From Epithemia pelagica (taxonomy: Eukaryota > Protista > Bacillariophyta): a stretch of 64,000 bases of DNA. A program made the position numbers and the translations under genes. This document shows, piece by piece, positions 30,651 to 42,805 of the stretch (its first letter is position 1; every line of letters starts with the position of its first letter). Below the pieces are notes generated by a model. The model worked only from the letters and a program-made list of their open reading frames with translations. It ran no database searches and had not been told where the DNA came from. The DNA lies in contig OX337241.1 of assembly GCA_946965045.2 (NCBI GenBank), positions 930,001 through 994,000 on the forward strand, in the 5' to 3' direction.

Positions 30651-33430
30651 TCCCATGGTCGCTCTCCATCCTCTTCGACGTCTTCCAGCACCTCTGCGGT
30701 TCAGTCGAATGTCACCCAGTTCTTTACTTCGACGCCGGCGACAGCAACTACTTCCACAAGGCGATCCTCTTCCTCGTCCTCTCGTCCCACCGACACTCCA
30801 GCGGTCTCCGCGGCCAACTCGCGTGGTCCTTCTACGGCTGCGTCCACTTCACCCGCTACGGCGTCGGCGAGTCGTCCTACGTACGCTGGGGTGGCGGCGA
30901 TGGATGTCGACCATGGTTCCTTGCGCGAAGACCCAACCGATCCGATTGTTGATGATTCTCCCAGGAGGTCTGTGTTGGCCCCAGTTCGTCCCCCTCGATC
31001 CCCTCCCAACGCTCGGGGTCAACGTTCCGTATCGTCCCAGCCCAATTCGCCGGCTGGACGTGGATCCCTGTCCCAACGCCACTCCATTGTCACGAACCCC
31101 GGATCTTCTCATGGCTCGCCTTCGACTACACCTTCTGATTCTAGTCGTGGTTCTTCCCCCATGGGTCCAGGTCGGGGTGGGAGGGCTTTTTTGGTCAGAG
31201 GCATCCCTGTTGCTGCCGGTCGTAGTCGAGGACGTTCCGCATCGTCGGCGCGTCGATCCAGCGCGGCTTCTCCCAACGACGTACCCATGGCCGAGGCTCG
31301 TTTAGTCCATGATGGTGTTACGACCAGGGCCCAGGCGGCGTCTGCGGCCGTCTCTGCGGCCACGGTGATTCCCAACCCCGCGTCTCAGACTCCCCAGCTC
31401 GCGGCCCCTGCATCTCAACTTCACCGTCGCACGCAGCCACCTTCCTCCTCTCGTCCGTCTCCGTCCCGTGGGGGATTTCAAGCCCTCCTGTCGGCCGAAG
31501 TCCAAGCCCTCCAGGCGGAGGAACGTGCTCAACAAACGGAAGATGCGGTGACAGGTGTCACGGCTGCGACAACTCCCCCGGGTGCTCTCGACGATCAGGA
31601 CATGTCCGACGCCGCCACAGTGGCCACCGATAATACTGAAGGTTCGTTCGTTCAAATGTTTGTTCATCAACCGGTGGCGGCTTCGATTCCGGCTACGATT
31701 GGGGGCCCGACTGGGCCCTCTCCTCCCACTGCGCCACGTCGTCCCCCAGGTCCCACACTACAACCCACCAATCCATATCTTCGATACGAATTACTCCCTT
31801 CCCGCCCCGTGGAGGCTCGCTATGAAATGCGATTGCAACTCGCACCTTCCAGTAATGCTGACGCCGAGCTCTGCTCCACTCTTGTGGCGTTTTTTACGAA
31901 GATTCGCAAGTACGATGGGACGTTGGTGATCCATCCGTGGGCCGATCGAGACAACACTACGCAACAAAATGGTCAACGGCGTTGGCGTGCCTTGGCAAAG
32001 CCGGAAGATATTCCCGCGACGATGGACAGTCTTCGGCACTACTTTCCGCGGGCGCTTCCTAAACCAACTGGGGGGTTCGTATATCCATCGGTGCATCTCG
32101 GTCATTCGAAGTCATTCGAATCCTTGAAGCACGATTTGGCGTGGTGGTTCTAAGCGAGCGCCATGGTCTATGGACTCGGCAACTGCAATGTGAGTCGACT
32201 TATATCGTGGGTTCGGGACTCTACTCCCTCCAATCGATGCACATCCCGGAGCTTAAGCGCGTTCTCGAAGAAGCGCTCGGCTTTCCCATTGGCCTCCGTT
32301 GGCGTACTATCCAAACTGGTCAAGCAGGGGCCATTCCTGCGGACCAGATGGCCAAGGCTTTGCATTTTGAAGTCAATCGGGTTCATAAACGGGAAGCCAA
32401 GCGTCGGTTGGCCGACCTCTACGCTAGGACGGCCCCCACCTTCCCGCTGGGTATCAAGATGCGTCTTGTTTGGCCGTTGTCGGACGTGATGAATATGAGG
32501 ACTCGGACGAAAGTGGCCGCCCTTTGTTTGCGACAGCTACAGTTTTGCACTCACATGAGGGGAATGCGTTCATGGGAGCTTCATTCCATCGACCAACCGG
32601 ACCAAGGGACCAATCTGACCCTTCGGTCCAGACTGATGGATATTCGAAGTACGGCCGACGGCCACCAACTCTTTCATTCGGTGGACCCCAGCCACGTGGG
32701 TGAGGGTGCCATGCAATTTGCCTTTCATCCGGCAAGAGAAGCGGAGGCCCGCGCAATGATAATCGCGCTTATCCCCTACCTTCGATGGAAGATGGCGCAG
32801 GAGGTACCGGACTCTTCGGACGTCGCCCGCGAACGGTTCTTCGCCAAATCCTTATATTGTCATTTCAGTAAGGATGCGTTGGACCGCGCTGTGGGGGCGG
32901 TTTGGAACCCGGACACCATGACCGTGGACTCCCCTGCCGATGAGTATAATGGGTGGGTTTTTGATTCGGGGGATGGGGAGCTCGATTGCTCCGGCTTCGG
33001 CGACGATGTCACCCCGGCGTCCACGCTGGCGACTTCGGTGACCCATACCTTGGTTCGTCCCCATGACGCCGCGGGAGACCAAGACAGCGTTTCCACATTG
33101 CCCCAAGGAACGTCTCTGGCTTCGACAGCTAGTACTGGTTCTCGTTCCACCCGTTCTCGCGCTCGCTCCCGTGGTCCCCCCGATCCTGGTGCTGGTCCTT
33201 CGGCCTCCACGACCGCTTCGTCCCTTTCCTCTCCCTCTGTGAACCTTTCTTCAACTCCTCAACTTCAACCTTTTTTGACTTCACTCACGTCCTTATTAGC
33301 AAATCTCCCAGACTCAGCCCAGACTCAAGAATTACGTGCCCAGTTGACCACCTTAACTTCGGCTCCGACCGATCCCTCTGCTTCCTCTTCCCCGTCGGCC
33401 CCTCCTGCGGCGACGGGGCAGGGCCATTAG
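30648..33430 (+). pseudogene. Non-LTR ORF1 (first 13 codons displaced to 21872-21910; frameshift near 32145)
   Basis: MTNRRSPSSSGGR joins in frame to SHGRSPSSSTSS... once the Ngaro is removed. Track ORFs 30891-32153 and 32141-33430 are its two halves. Confidence 0.85.
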
Positions 33431-33491
33431 TCCATCAACCTCGTCCCGGCGCTCGCCCCTTCCGACCCGGGACACCGAGAGGACCAATGCA

Positions 33492-36400
33492 ATGGATCCT
33501 TCTGTTCCCCCTCTACCTGCTTCTGAAGCTTGGGGGGACGCCTTAGCCACATCCCCACCCGACAATGTCCTTCGGGTAGTGGCCCAAAACGTGTCTGGCC
33601 TGCCTCTATCGGCCAACCATCCCAAGTATGCTGATTTACAAGAATTTATACTCGACTATTCTATCGATGTCTTATGCCTTTCCGAGATTAATGTTGCTTG
33701 GCACACCCTGCCGGAACCGCAGCAGTTTTCCCACATCGTCCGCCCATGGTTTTCGTCGGTATTTTCGAAGGTGGCGTGGTTCGCTGACCGGGATGTGCAG
33801 TCCTCTTTCCAACAAGGAGGCGTGGGCATCCTCGTCCGTGATAGCCATACAGGACGTATCTGTGGCTCTGGTTCCGATCCGACAGGTTTGGGGCGTTGGG
33901 TGTGGGTCCGCTTGAGGTGGCACCATGGTTCGGTGTTGCGAATCATCAGTGCGTATCGCCCAGCAGTGAGTAACCCTCGGGATGCGGGATCCACGTGGTC
34001 CCAACAAGCCCGGTTTTTTGAGTCGACCGACCCTCCCCGAATGGAGGATCCCCGTGCTCTGTTTCTTATGGATCTACAGCTCATGCTTCAATCCGCCTAC
34101 GACGATGGTGAACAAGTTCTCCTGTCCCTAGACGCCAACGAACCGACACTGTGGGAGCCTGATAATGTCCTTGATTCCACCGTGGCCCCAGTAGCCCTGT
34201 CCAATCTGCACTTTGGCCGGCATGACCGTACCACGGCTCCCCCAACACACAACCGTGGCTCCAGACCCATCGACGCGATTTATGGCTCTACCCCGTCTCT
34301 TACGACGGCGTTGTGTGGCTATTTCCCTTTTGGCCAGGCTCCAGGCGATCATCGCGCGCTCTGGGTGGACGTTCCCCTAGTGGATATTTTCGGAGTGGCG
34401 TCGTGCCCAGTTGTCCCTCGGGTTGCTCGCCGGTTGCAATGCCGCAATCCTCGTGTTGTACGCCGCTACCAACAGACCCTGGATACGTTTTACCACCATC
34501 ATGACGTCCCATCCCGTACATTCGCGTTGGAAGAGTCCATCGATGGTCCCTTATCCACGGATCAGGCCCGCGAATGGGAGGCCCTTGACGCCTTACGGGT
34601 CCAAGGAATATTCTTGGCGGATCGGAAGTGTCGGAAGCTTTGTACTGGTGCGGTTCCGTGGTCTCCCGTGCTAGCTCATGCTCTAGCGGTGCATCGGTTC
34701 TGGGATCGTCTTTACACCGCCTCTGCGGGTCGTCATGTGAGTCGCAAGTTGTTGACTCGGTTGGCATCCAAAACCGGAATGGAAGTTCCTGTTGCCATGC
34801 CTGAGGAAGAGATTTTACTGCATCGAACGGCCGCCTGGCAGGAATACAAACGCCTCAAGCGCAATGCGCCTCAAGCTCGCCAGGCCTATCTTCAATCCCT
34901 TATTGCGGCCCGCGCGGCCGAAGGTTGGGACTCCGCGGCGACGGGATTATCGAATCTTCTCCGTCGGGAGCCACAACGGAAGGATGCTCGTCTCCTTAAA
35001 CAAGTGCTCTCACCCACCTCCCGCCGCGGCTTAACGTCCGTAGAAGTCCCCTCGGGGCCCGGTGCGTGGGAAGATGGTGAATGGAACGGGGCTTGGGTCA
35101 CAAGGACGGACCGCGACGGCATGGAGACTGGATGTTTGGCCGAGAATGACCGCCGTTTCAACCAAGCTGCGGACACGGATTTACTTCAACCTGCCGTGGT
35201 CACCGCTCTGGGTCCGACCGGCACCTCTGCGCTTTCAGCACGAATTCTCGCTACGGGCGACGCGTCGGACTTGACGGACTGGGTCTCCCCTGAAGCCGCC
35301 GTTTATCTTTCCCACCATCGTCGTCCCTCGGTCTTAGTGGCACCCCACCCTTTCGAATTGGATTTCCGTACGGCATCTTATAGTCGGTCGTGGCAACGCA
35401 TGGATGAGTTTACGTCGTCCGGCCCCTCCGGATTACACTTTGGCCACTTTATGGCGAACAGTCTTTCCCCCCTACTGGGGTCTGTCGATGCCTCGCTCAG
35501 CCGTATCCCGACCATCTCCGGTTACCTTCCGTCTCGTTGGCAACAAGGGCTAAACGTGATGCTTGAGAAGAAGCCCGGTGTTGTGAAGGTCTCGAAGCTC
35601 CGCACCATACTGTTGTATGAGGCGGATTACAATCATAACAACAAGTTGATGGGGCGCGCGATGATGCGCTTCGCCGAGGCCAACTCTCTGTTAGCCCCCG
35701 AACAGTACGGCAGCAGACGGGGCCACAGTGCCATATACCAGTGCCTTAACAAGGTGATTACGTTTGATTTGTTTCGTCAAACAAAGCGCCCGGGCGGCTT
35801 GTGCTCCAACGATGCCAAGTCTTGCTATGACCGGATTGGTCATAGCTCCGCTGGCTTGGCTATGCAACGATGTGGCGTTCCGGCTCCCCTTGTAGATTCC
35901 GCTTTGGGTCCCATCCAACGTCTTTGTCACTTCATCCGTACGGCTTATGGTGATTCAACGACATCGTTCTCCGCCGCGGGTCACGAGGTGCCTGTTCAAG
36001 GGATTGGCCAAGGGAATGGAGCGGGCCCTGCTATTTGGGCCGTTGTCAGCACTCCGATTTTTAATGCTATGCGACAACGCGGCTATGGTTTATTCCTAAA
36101 GTCTCCTACGTCGGGCGATACGTTTGTTTTTGTGGGTTACGCGTTTGTAGATGATACAGACCTTGTGGTGGACGGCCTTCATTGTTCCGCTAGTGCCAGC
36201 CAGGTTGCCGACCGTCTTCAGGCCAGTGCCAACTTCTGGGAAGCGTCACTGCGAGCTTCCGGCGGAGCCCTTTCGCCTGCAAAATGTCATTGGTACCTCA
36301 TAGACTACCGGTGGGTCCATGGCAAGTGGTGTTTGGTGTCCCCCGATGAGTCCCCTGCCACGCTTCGCATTCGTTCGCCCTCGGGCCGAATTGTTCCCAT

Positions 36401-39190
36401 CGAACGAGTGGCTCCCACCGAGGCAAGGAAAACTTTGGGGGTTTGGACGGCGCCTGACGGCGCCATGACCGCCAAATTCGACTATCTTGCGTCCAAGGTT
36501 AAGCACTGGACGGAACGTATCCGTGTCCGTCGTCTGCCGCACCACCTGGTATGGCTGTCGCTTCACACTGGGATCTTTAAGACCCTCACTTATCCTTTGG
36601 CTGCTACCACGTTCTCTGAAGCCCAATGCCGGGCCCTGACCTCACCCCTTTTGCAAGTTGGTCTCAGTCGGTCCCACGTCGTTTGCTCGATGCCACGGGC
36701 AGTGGTCCATGGACCAGTGTCCTCTGGTGGGTTCGCGGTGCCGGACTTATTTGTCGAACAAGGCGTGGCTCATTTGACGGCGTTTCTCTCCTTCGGCCGC
36801 TCCTCTACGTCCATTACAGGTTTTCTCCTACGTAATTCCTTGGAGTTTCTCCAGGTGGAACTTGGCACACCGAATCACCCCTTTCTCTTGGATTACTCGT
36901 CGTGGTCTCAATGCGTTGTTCCCACTTGGTGTTCTCACTTATGGTCCTTCTGTTCCCAGTACAACATTGGTCTTCCCTCGCCGATTACTGCCCTCCCCCC
37001 CCCCTACGAGTTGGTGACACTTTCCTGATGGCAGCCTTCTGGTCCCACGGCATTCGATCTCCTAGCACTCTTGCGCGCCTTAATGCCTGCCGCTTGTTTT
37101 TGCGGGCATGTACCCTGGCTGATATTACCTCGGTTGATGGCACGCATATTCTGCTATCCGCCTGGTCTGGTACAGCACCGTGCAACCGTCGCCTTCACAC
37201 GGAATGGTGGCCGCGATCCCCTCCATCCTCGGCCTTGGCGTGGCACGAGTGGCGGGAAGCTCTTTCCCTCACTTTTGGAGTGGAGCCCCGGTTTCGGCGT
37301 GTCGACTCCACCTTGGGCTCTTGGTTAGTCCCTCACGTTCTGTCGGCCTTGTTTCTCTATTGCCCCTCTTGGAATCGACTTTTTGTTCCTCGTTTCGGTG
37401 GCACTTGGTCTGTGGCGATTGCTCGGCCGGTGCGCCGGAGTCGCTCGGTGTTTATGGTCACTCCTGACACGGTGTCGGTAGCCTCCTTGGTCCTTTATCC
37501 GCCCGTCTTCGCGGCGGACGTCCATGGTTCCGCGGATTCGCCGATTCTCTTGCATGTTGACACCCTCCCCTTGGATATCCAGGTTCTCTTCCAGTCGGTC
37601 CCTCGTTCCCCTCAGTCTTTTACGTGGGATGTCCCAGAGGTCTCCCAGGTTGCCGCGGTGTGGTTTGCGTCTCCTCCCCCCGACTTTCTTCCGAAATTGT
37701 GCTCAGCTATTGCGAGTGGCTCATGTGCGACTTTCTCTGATGGCTCTGCCCGGGAACAGCAGGAAGGGACGTGTGCATGGGGTTTGGCATTGGATGGTTC
37801 TACTCTTGTTGATTTGGCGGCTGGTTTCCGCGTTCCGGGCCCTGCTGGTTCCCAGTGTTCGTTCCGGAGCGAGCTTGCGGGCCTCATTGGGATTGCGAGC
37901 CTCTTACGGGCAGTTTCGCGCTATGTTCCGTCGTTGTCTGGATCGGTGTTTTTTGCCACGGATAGCGACTCGGTTTTGAGTCGCGTGTTTCACCGCCCCG
38001 CTCCGGCAACGGTGGCGGATCATAGCTGGGATCTTTTGTCGTATTGCCGCCAGTTAATCGATGCGATGCCTCAGATCCGCTGGGAGAGTTTCCATGTCAA
38101 GGGTCACCAGGACAATGGTGACGGCGATCTAGATATTTGGGCCCAACGGAATATCTACGTTGATTCTTGCGCCTCCGAGGTCTACTCCTGCGTTCTGTCT
38201 AATTGCTTTCCATGTTTTGCCACGGCCCCTCTACCACCGTTACGGGTAGGGGACAACGAGGTTGTTTCCTCCTTGGCCCCGGCTGTCCGATCGCATATCC
38301 TCGACGCCCCCTTACGTGATCATTGGTCTCGGCTTCGAAGTTGGCCCCCACAGGGTGTGCCCATTGTGGATTGGGCCTCACGGGCGCTGGCATTGCAGTC
38401 TATTCCCCAGAATCCGCGCCACTGGGTGGTTAAACACACAGCAACTCGGTCTGCCATCGGCGTTGAAATGGTTCGCCGTCGTAAATGGCGTCAGCCCACT
38501 TGCCCCCGGTGCGGTGCAGCCGTGGAAACCGCTGATCACATCCTCCAGTGTCCCCACCTCGAGTCTGTTGAGATCTGGCACACCACGTTGCGCAGCCTTG
38601 ATCGCTGGATGGCTTTACGCCACACCCAACCGACGATGGCAAGGTTGATCCTGGCGTACCTACGCTCGTGGGTCGAGGGGACGACGTACGACGCCCCCTT
38701 CACCTCCGTTCCAGGGCTTCGCGAAGCTGTCGCGGATCAGGAAGTTTTGGGTTAGACGGACGCGGTTTTGGGTTTTTGGTCTTGGCGATGGGCGGAGGTG
38801 CAACAGGCTCATTACATGTTCCTGGGCAAACGGTACTCCGGACGACGCTGGCTTGTGCTATTGATCCAACAAATTTGGAATACGTCGTGGGATCAGTGGG
38901 AACATCGGAACGCTATCTTTCACGCGGCGGAGGTTCTCCGCCTCCAAGCGGAACGCCGAGCAGCCATCCAAGCGGCTTACTCTGGCCCTCTCCGCTCCTC
39001 CCCTCGTTTTCGTTTTCTTTTCCGCCGCCCTTTGGATCGTCGGCTGCAGGATCCTGCCCACATCCAATTGGCCTTTTTACGCCGTCTCTCCACTCCAGTG
39101 GCATCGGCGGCTTCCCGGGCCCTTCGTCTTCAGCAACGCTGTTTTCGGTCCTATTTCCGGTTCTCTCGGGCTCGGCATACCTCGTCTTGA
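33492..39190 (+). pseudogene. Non-LTR ORF2: AP endonuclease - RT - RNase H - CCHC, with one frameshift and one nonsense codon
   Basis: APE: QNVSG, LSE, DAN, IDAIY, GDH. RT: SNDAKSCYDRI, QGIGQG, FVDD. RNase H: FSDGSA, RSELAG, TDS, HVKGHQD. CPRC-x8-H-x3-C. Frameshift in the poly-C run near 36990; TAG at 38753-38755. Confidence 0.92.
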
Positions 39191-39931
39191 GTTGGTGGAA
39201 CCGTCCCTGTCCTTGTGACGGCTGGGACCGTTAACCTTCTCCTTTTTGTATTGGTGATTTTTACTGTGTTGCATTTCTCTTTACCCCTTCATGCTTCTAC
39301 ATGTCTTGCATTGGTCGACTGGGCCGGGCGGGATTCGTCTCCCCTAGGTTCACCAGCGACGTTAAAGCCTCCGGCAGTTTAATTTAAACTAATCAATGAG
39401 TTGTTATTATTATTAATAACACCAATGGAGGAGTGTGAACTGCGAAAGTGAAATGGAGAGCACAGCGGCCTGGTCTTTCGTGATTCAGGTGTTCAATCGT
39501 TGTCACTTCTAGATCAAACGACATCCACGCGTAGCTTCCGTTTGTCCATAGCATTATCAAACCTTTGAATCTTACGCCACTTCTTCAAAACCCTCAGCAT
39601 GCTCTTTCGAAGCAGGCGGTCCGCATTTTTCGCCATGCAAAGACGTGCCAAAAGCCACCATTAGAAGCTTTCGACGCTTTTCCGTTCACGGTATGACCAG
39701 AAGGGGCGCCAATGTTTTTCGGATGACAAGTTCCTGTTCAAGTTCCGTTTGTGCCTGAAACTGATATTGGGGTTATGGAGACCACATCATCAATTGAAAC
39801 GAAAAGGTCCTTTGTATATTCCGACATGCTCAATGAAGGAAAGAGACTCTTCCTTTATTACCTCTTTCCTTCCTTTATTACCTTACGAGAACAATGAAGG
39901 TTTCTGTACGGTTGACCACAAACCAGGGGGT

Positions 39932-41467
39932 TTAAAACAAACCACCAAAGAGGTCCTCGCCTTCTTCCTGAAACAAATCGCGACCCTCTGTCGACGTTTT
40001 CTCGTCCTTGCCGTCCTCCACCAATGGTTTGTCGTGACGGTCGTCCACCTCATTTTCTTGGTCGTTTGCTCCACCCTGTGGTCCGCCATGTCGCACATAC
40101 CACGACAGCTCTTCGGTGCGTGCATCATGATGTTCAGTCGCATGGATTTGTTCCAAAAGGTTCAAGGCGTGTTGCAAATCGTCAATCGTTTGCGCCCGCA
40201 CGAGGGCATCGCGAATGACGGTATGGACCTGTAAATCCGCATGCAAGAAACGATGCATATGGACTCGAATACATTTGAATCCACTCCCTTGACCACCCTC
40301 GTCGGGAGGATATTGCAAGGCCAATTTCATGTACTCATGGGCCAAACTCAACCGTCCGACGCGAGTCCGGGACACGGTGTCGTCGGGTTCCAACTCTTGG
40401 CCCAGCTCACCTAGAATCGTTTCTTGTTGCTGCAAGTGCAAGGGAGCAAATAGGGGCGGATATTCCAAAATGGCTTCGGAACTCATGACACCATCGGCTT
40501 GGGTGACAGTCAAACATTCTTGAACGTCGTCCGCCGATGCAATGGATCCATTGGCCAAAATGGGAATGCGAGGACTCAATTGTTGCACGGCTTGGGCAAT
40601 GGCCGACCAATCGGCTGCCCCCGTCAAGAGTCCCTTTTCGTGTCGGGTCCGACCATGAATGGTTAACAAATGAATTCCAGCATCGACCAAGCGACTGTAC
40701 AAATCCAAGGATGCCGCAACACGAATGGATGGCTCCTCCGGCAACAAGCGTACCTTGACCGACAAGGGTACCTTGAGTCGCGGTGCCATGTAACGGACCA
40801 AGGCAACCAATTTGTCTTGTTGTTCTAGTAAAAACGCTCCATAATTGCCTCGTTTGGCAATCCCCTGTGGACATCCACAATTGATATCAATGCCATCGCA
40901 ATAATCCTGCAATTGTCGTGCACATTCCAACATGGTTTCGGGATCCGTTCCGCCACACAATTGGGCAATCAAGGGCCGATCTTCCTTGGGTGATGCCTCG
41001 GACAGACGAAACCGTTTGCGATACATTTTGGTCGTCACAAACAATCGAGCATGAATCATGGGAGTAAAACAGAGATTGGTTCCATGGCGTCGACACTGCA
41101 ATCGATAGGGCAGATCCGACTGATCCACCATGGGTGCCGCCGCAAATAGTTTGATGCGTGACCAATCGTCCAATTTCATGTCCGTGACAGATGCATCATC
41201 CTTTGCATTTCGAATCCACGATTTTAAAACCAGTTTTTGGAGCCAATAGCGATCCACACGACACAAGGGCAACGGAGGGAGATGTGTCGAAGAAGGAGAA
41301 GACGACGACAAGACGTCGGACGGTGGAGTGGAAGAAGTGTCCTGTGAAACAAGATAATCATCGTTCATGAGCTCCTCATCTGATGAATTCGATGCCTGGC
41401 CTATAACATCTCTTGAAGACGACGGAGAATCCGCAACCTCGGTAATGGCAACCGCAATTGCCGCCAT
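39932..41467 (-). CDS. DUS1: tRNA-dihydrouridine synthase (Dus1-like)
   Basis: APMVDQS, PLIAQLCG, DINCGCPQGIAKRGNYGAFL, TIHGRTR, ADW, NGSI. Confidence 0.93.
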   Translation of the reverse strand: MAAIAVAITEVADSPSSSRDVIGQASNSSDEELMNDDYLVSQDTSSTPPSDVLSSSSPSSTHLPPLPLCRVDRYWLQKLVLKSWIRNAKDDASVTDMKLDDWSRIKLFAAAPMVDQSDLPYRLQCRRHGTNLCFTPMIHARLFVTTKMYRKRFRLSEASPKEDRPLIAQLCGGTDPETMLECARQLQDYCDGIDINCGCPQGIAKRGNYGAFLLEQQDKLVALVRYMAPRLKVPLSVKVRLLPEEPSIRVAASLDLYSRLVDAGIHLLTIHGRTRHEKGLLTGAADWSAIAQAVQQLSPRIPILANGSIASADDVQECLTVTQADGVMSSEAILEYPPLFAPLHLQQQETILGELGQELEPDDTVSRTRVGRLSLAHEYMKLALQYPPDEGGQGSGFKCIRVHMHRFLHADLQVHTVIRDALVRAQTIDDLQHALNLLEQIHATEHHDARTEELSWYVRHGGPQGGANDQENEVDDRHDKPLVEDGKDEKTSTEGRDLFQEEGEDLFGGLF

Positions 41468-42805
41468 GGTGATGAAATTAGAGTTGTGGCTGGCATGTCA
41501 CTACTACATGCCCTTCCGAGGCGGGGCGCTGGTGCGAGGGACAGATGTTTTTATACGTGTATGTGTATGCGGGGGAAGACAGAAGTGGATACGACAGACA
41601 GACGAAAGAGTGTTCGAACCTCGGGGGAATCTTCCTGAGGAAACCGTTAGGAGTAGATAGTGTACTTCCCCTATGGGAATTCATGTGCCAGGACTGCCTC
41701 CTTTTACTCCTCCGCTGCTTGAATTCCCCGCTAAATCTTTGAGTTTCAAACCACACCAAAGCGTGTGCCGACGTGGGCCAACAAAGATGCACCACGGCCA
41801 TCTGGCAAAGGCGCAAAACCTCGAGATTCCAACGCAACGGCTCCTTCGCCAAACGACCATGGGAAAGGAACACGATAATGGTTCCATGAGACGCAAGAAC
41901 GCAGTAGGATTGTAATTTTCAACTTAATAATAGATAGGAAAGGTTGAGGATCTCAATGGTCACTTGAGTCCAACTGTGATGCTTGTGCACGTTCCCAGTC
42001 AGTAGGAAAGGTCACACTCAATGCTTTTTTCTCCACAACAAAGAACAAATGCTTCTAGCAAACTACAAACAGAAACTGTGTAGCGTTACCATTTCACAAA
42101 GGGATCCTGTCCCAACTCGACAGAGACAACTTGCAGATGGACATGCACAAACTTCATGCCGTCAAAGGGATTGAAACCACACACAAGTGTCCAAACGTTC
42201 CAAAATGAAGGGGAATGTTTAAGGAGTACCAGTACTAAGGAGTACCAGTACTAAAGACGGAATTGAGGATCTCCGCAAACTGTGTTACCTTGTTTGGGGA
42301 AACTCGACATGCCGTTCACTAAACTGCCAAATGCCGATGACTGCTTGTAGTACGTTCGTACTTGATGTGGTCTCCAGCCGAATGGATTGCCTATCGAATT
42401 TTCACCCATTCAATCGGCAGATCACTCAATTTTTCTTCAAGTCGATCGTATCGGCTCCCCCGTTCCTCATGGTTGTGGTCTCCATTCAACGGACGCACCT
42501 CCACCGGCGGTGTCCGGATGCGATGGTTACTTATGGGATGCGAAATTAATGGATGGACGACCGAGGTTCCTTCGATTTTTTTCAGCCAATCGTGTACGGA
42601 CCGCGGAGGAGTTTGTAGCGCCGGCGCTCCTCGGGTTGCAGCCCAGCCGGCGCTCTCACGAGACTCTGTGCTTTCCAAACAAAGTATGAAACCATTGTGT
42701 GTGTGTCATTTCGGTAACGAACCAGGAAACCGCAAGAGTGCCGCGGCGGAGCCAGGCCTTTTTCATCTGTAGAGTAGGCAACGAACGGGACAGAGAGGGC
42801 GAAAC

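Larger units (their letters stand above)
21775..39416 (+). mobile_element. Ambal-like non-LTR retrotransposon (about 8.9 kb net), interrupted by a nested Ngaro element
   Basis: 18 bp TSD TAACACCAATGGAGGAGT at 21757-21774 and 39417-39434, (TTA)n 3' tail, ORF1 plus APE-RT-RNaseH-CCHC ORF2. Confidence 0.92.

Noticed and set aside
32135-32155. Programmed frameshift in LINE ORF1
   Set aside because: No slippery heptamer, and the element has other lesions, so a 1 nt indel is simpler.
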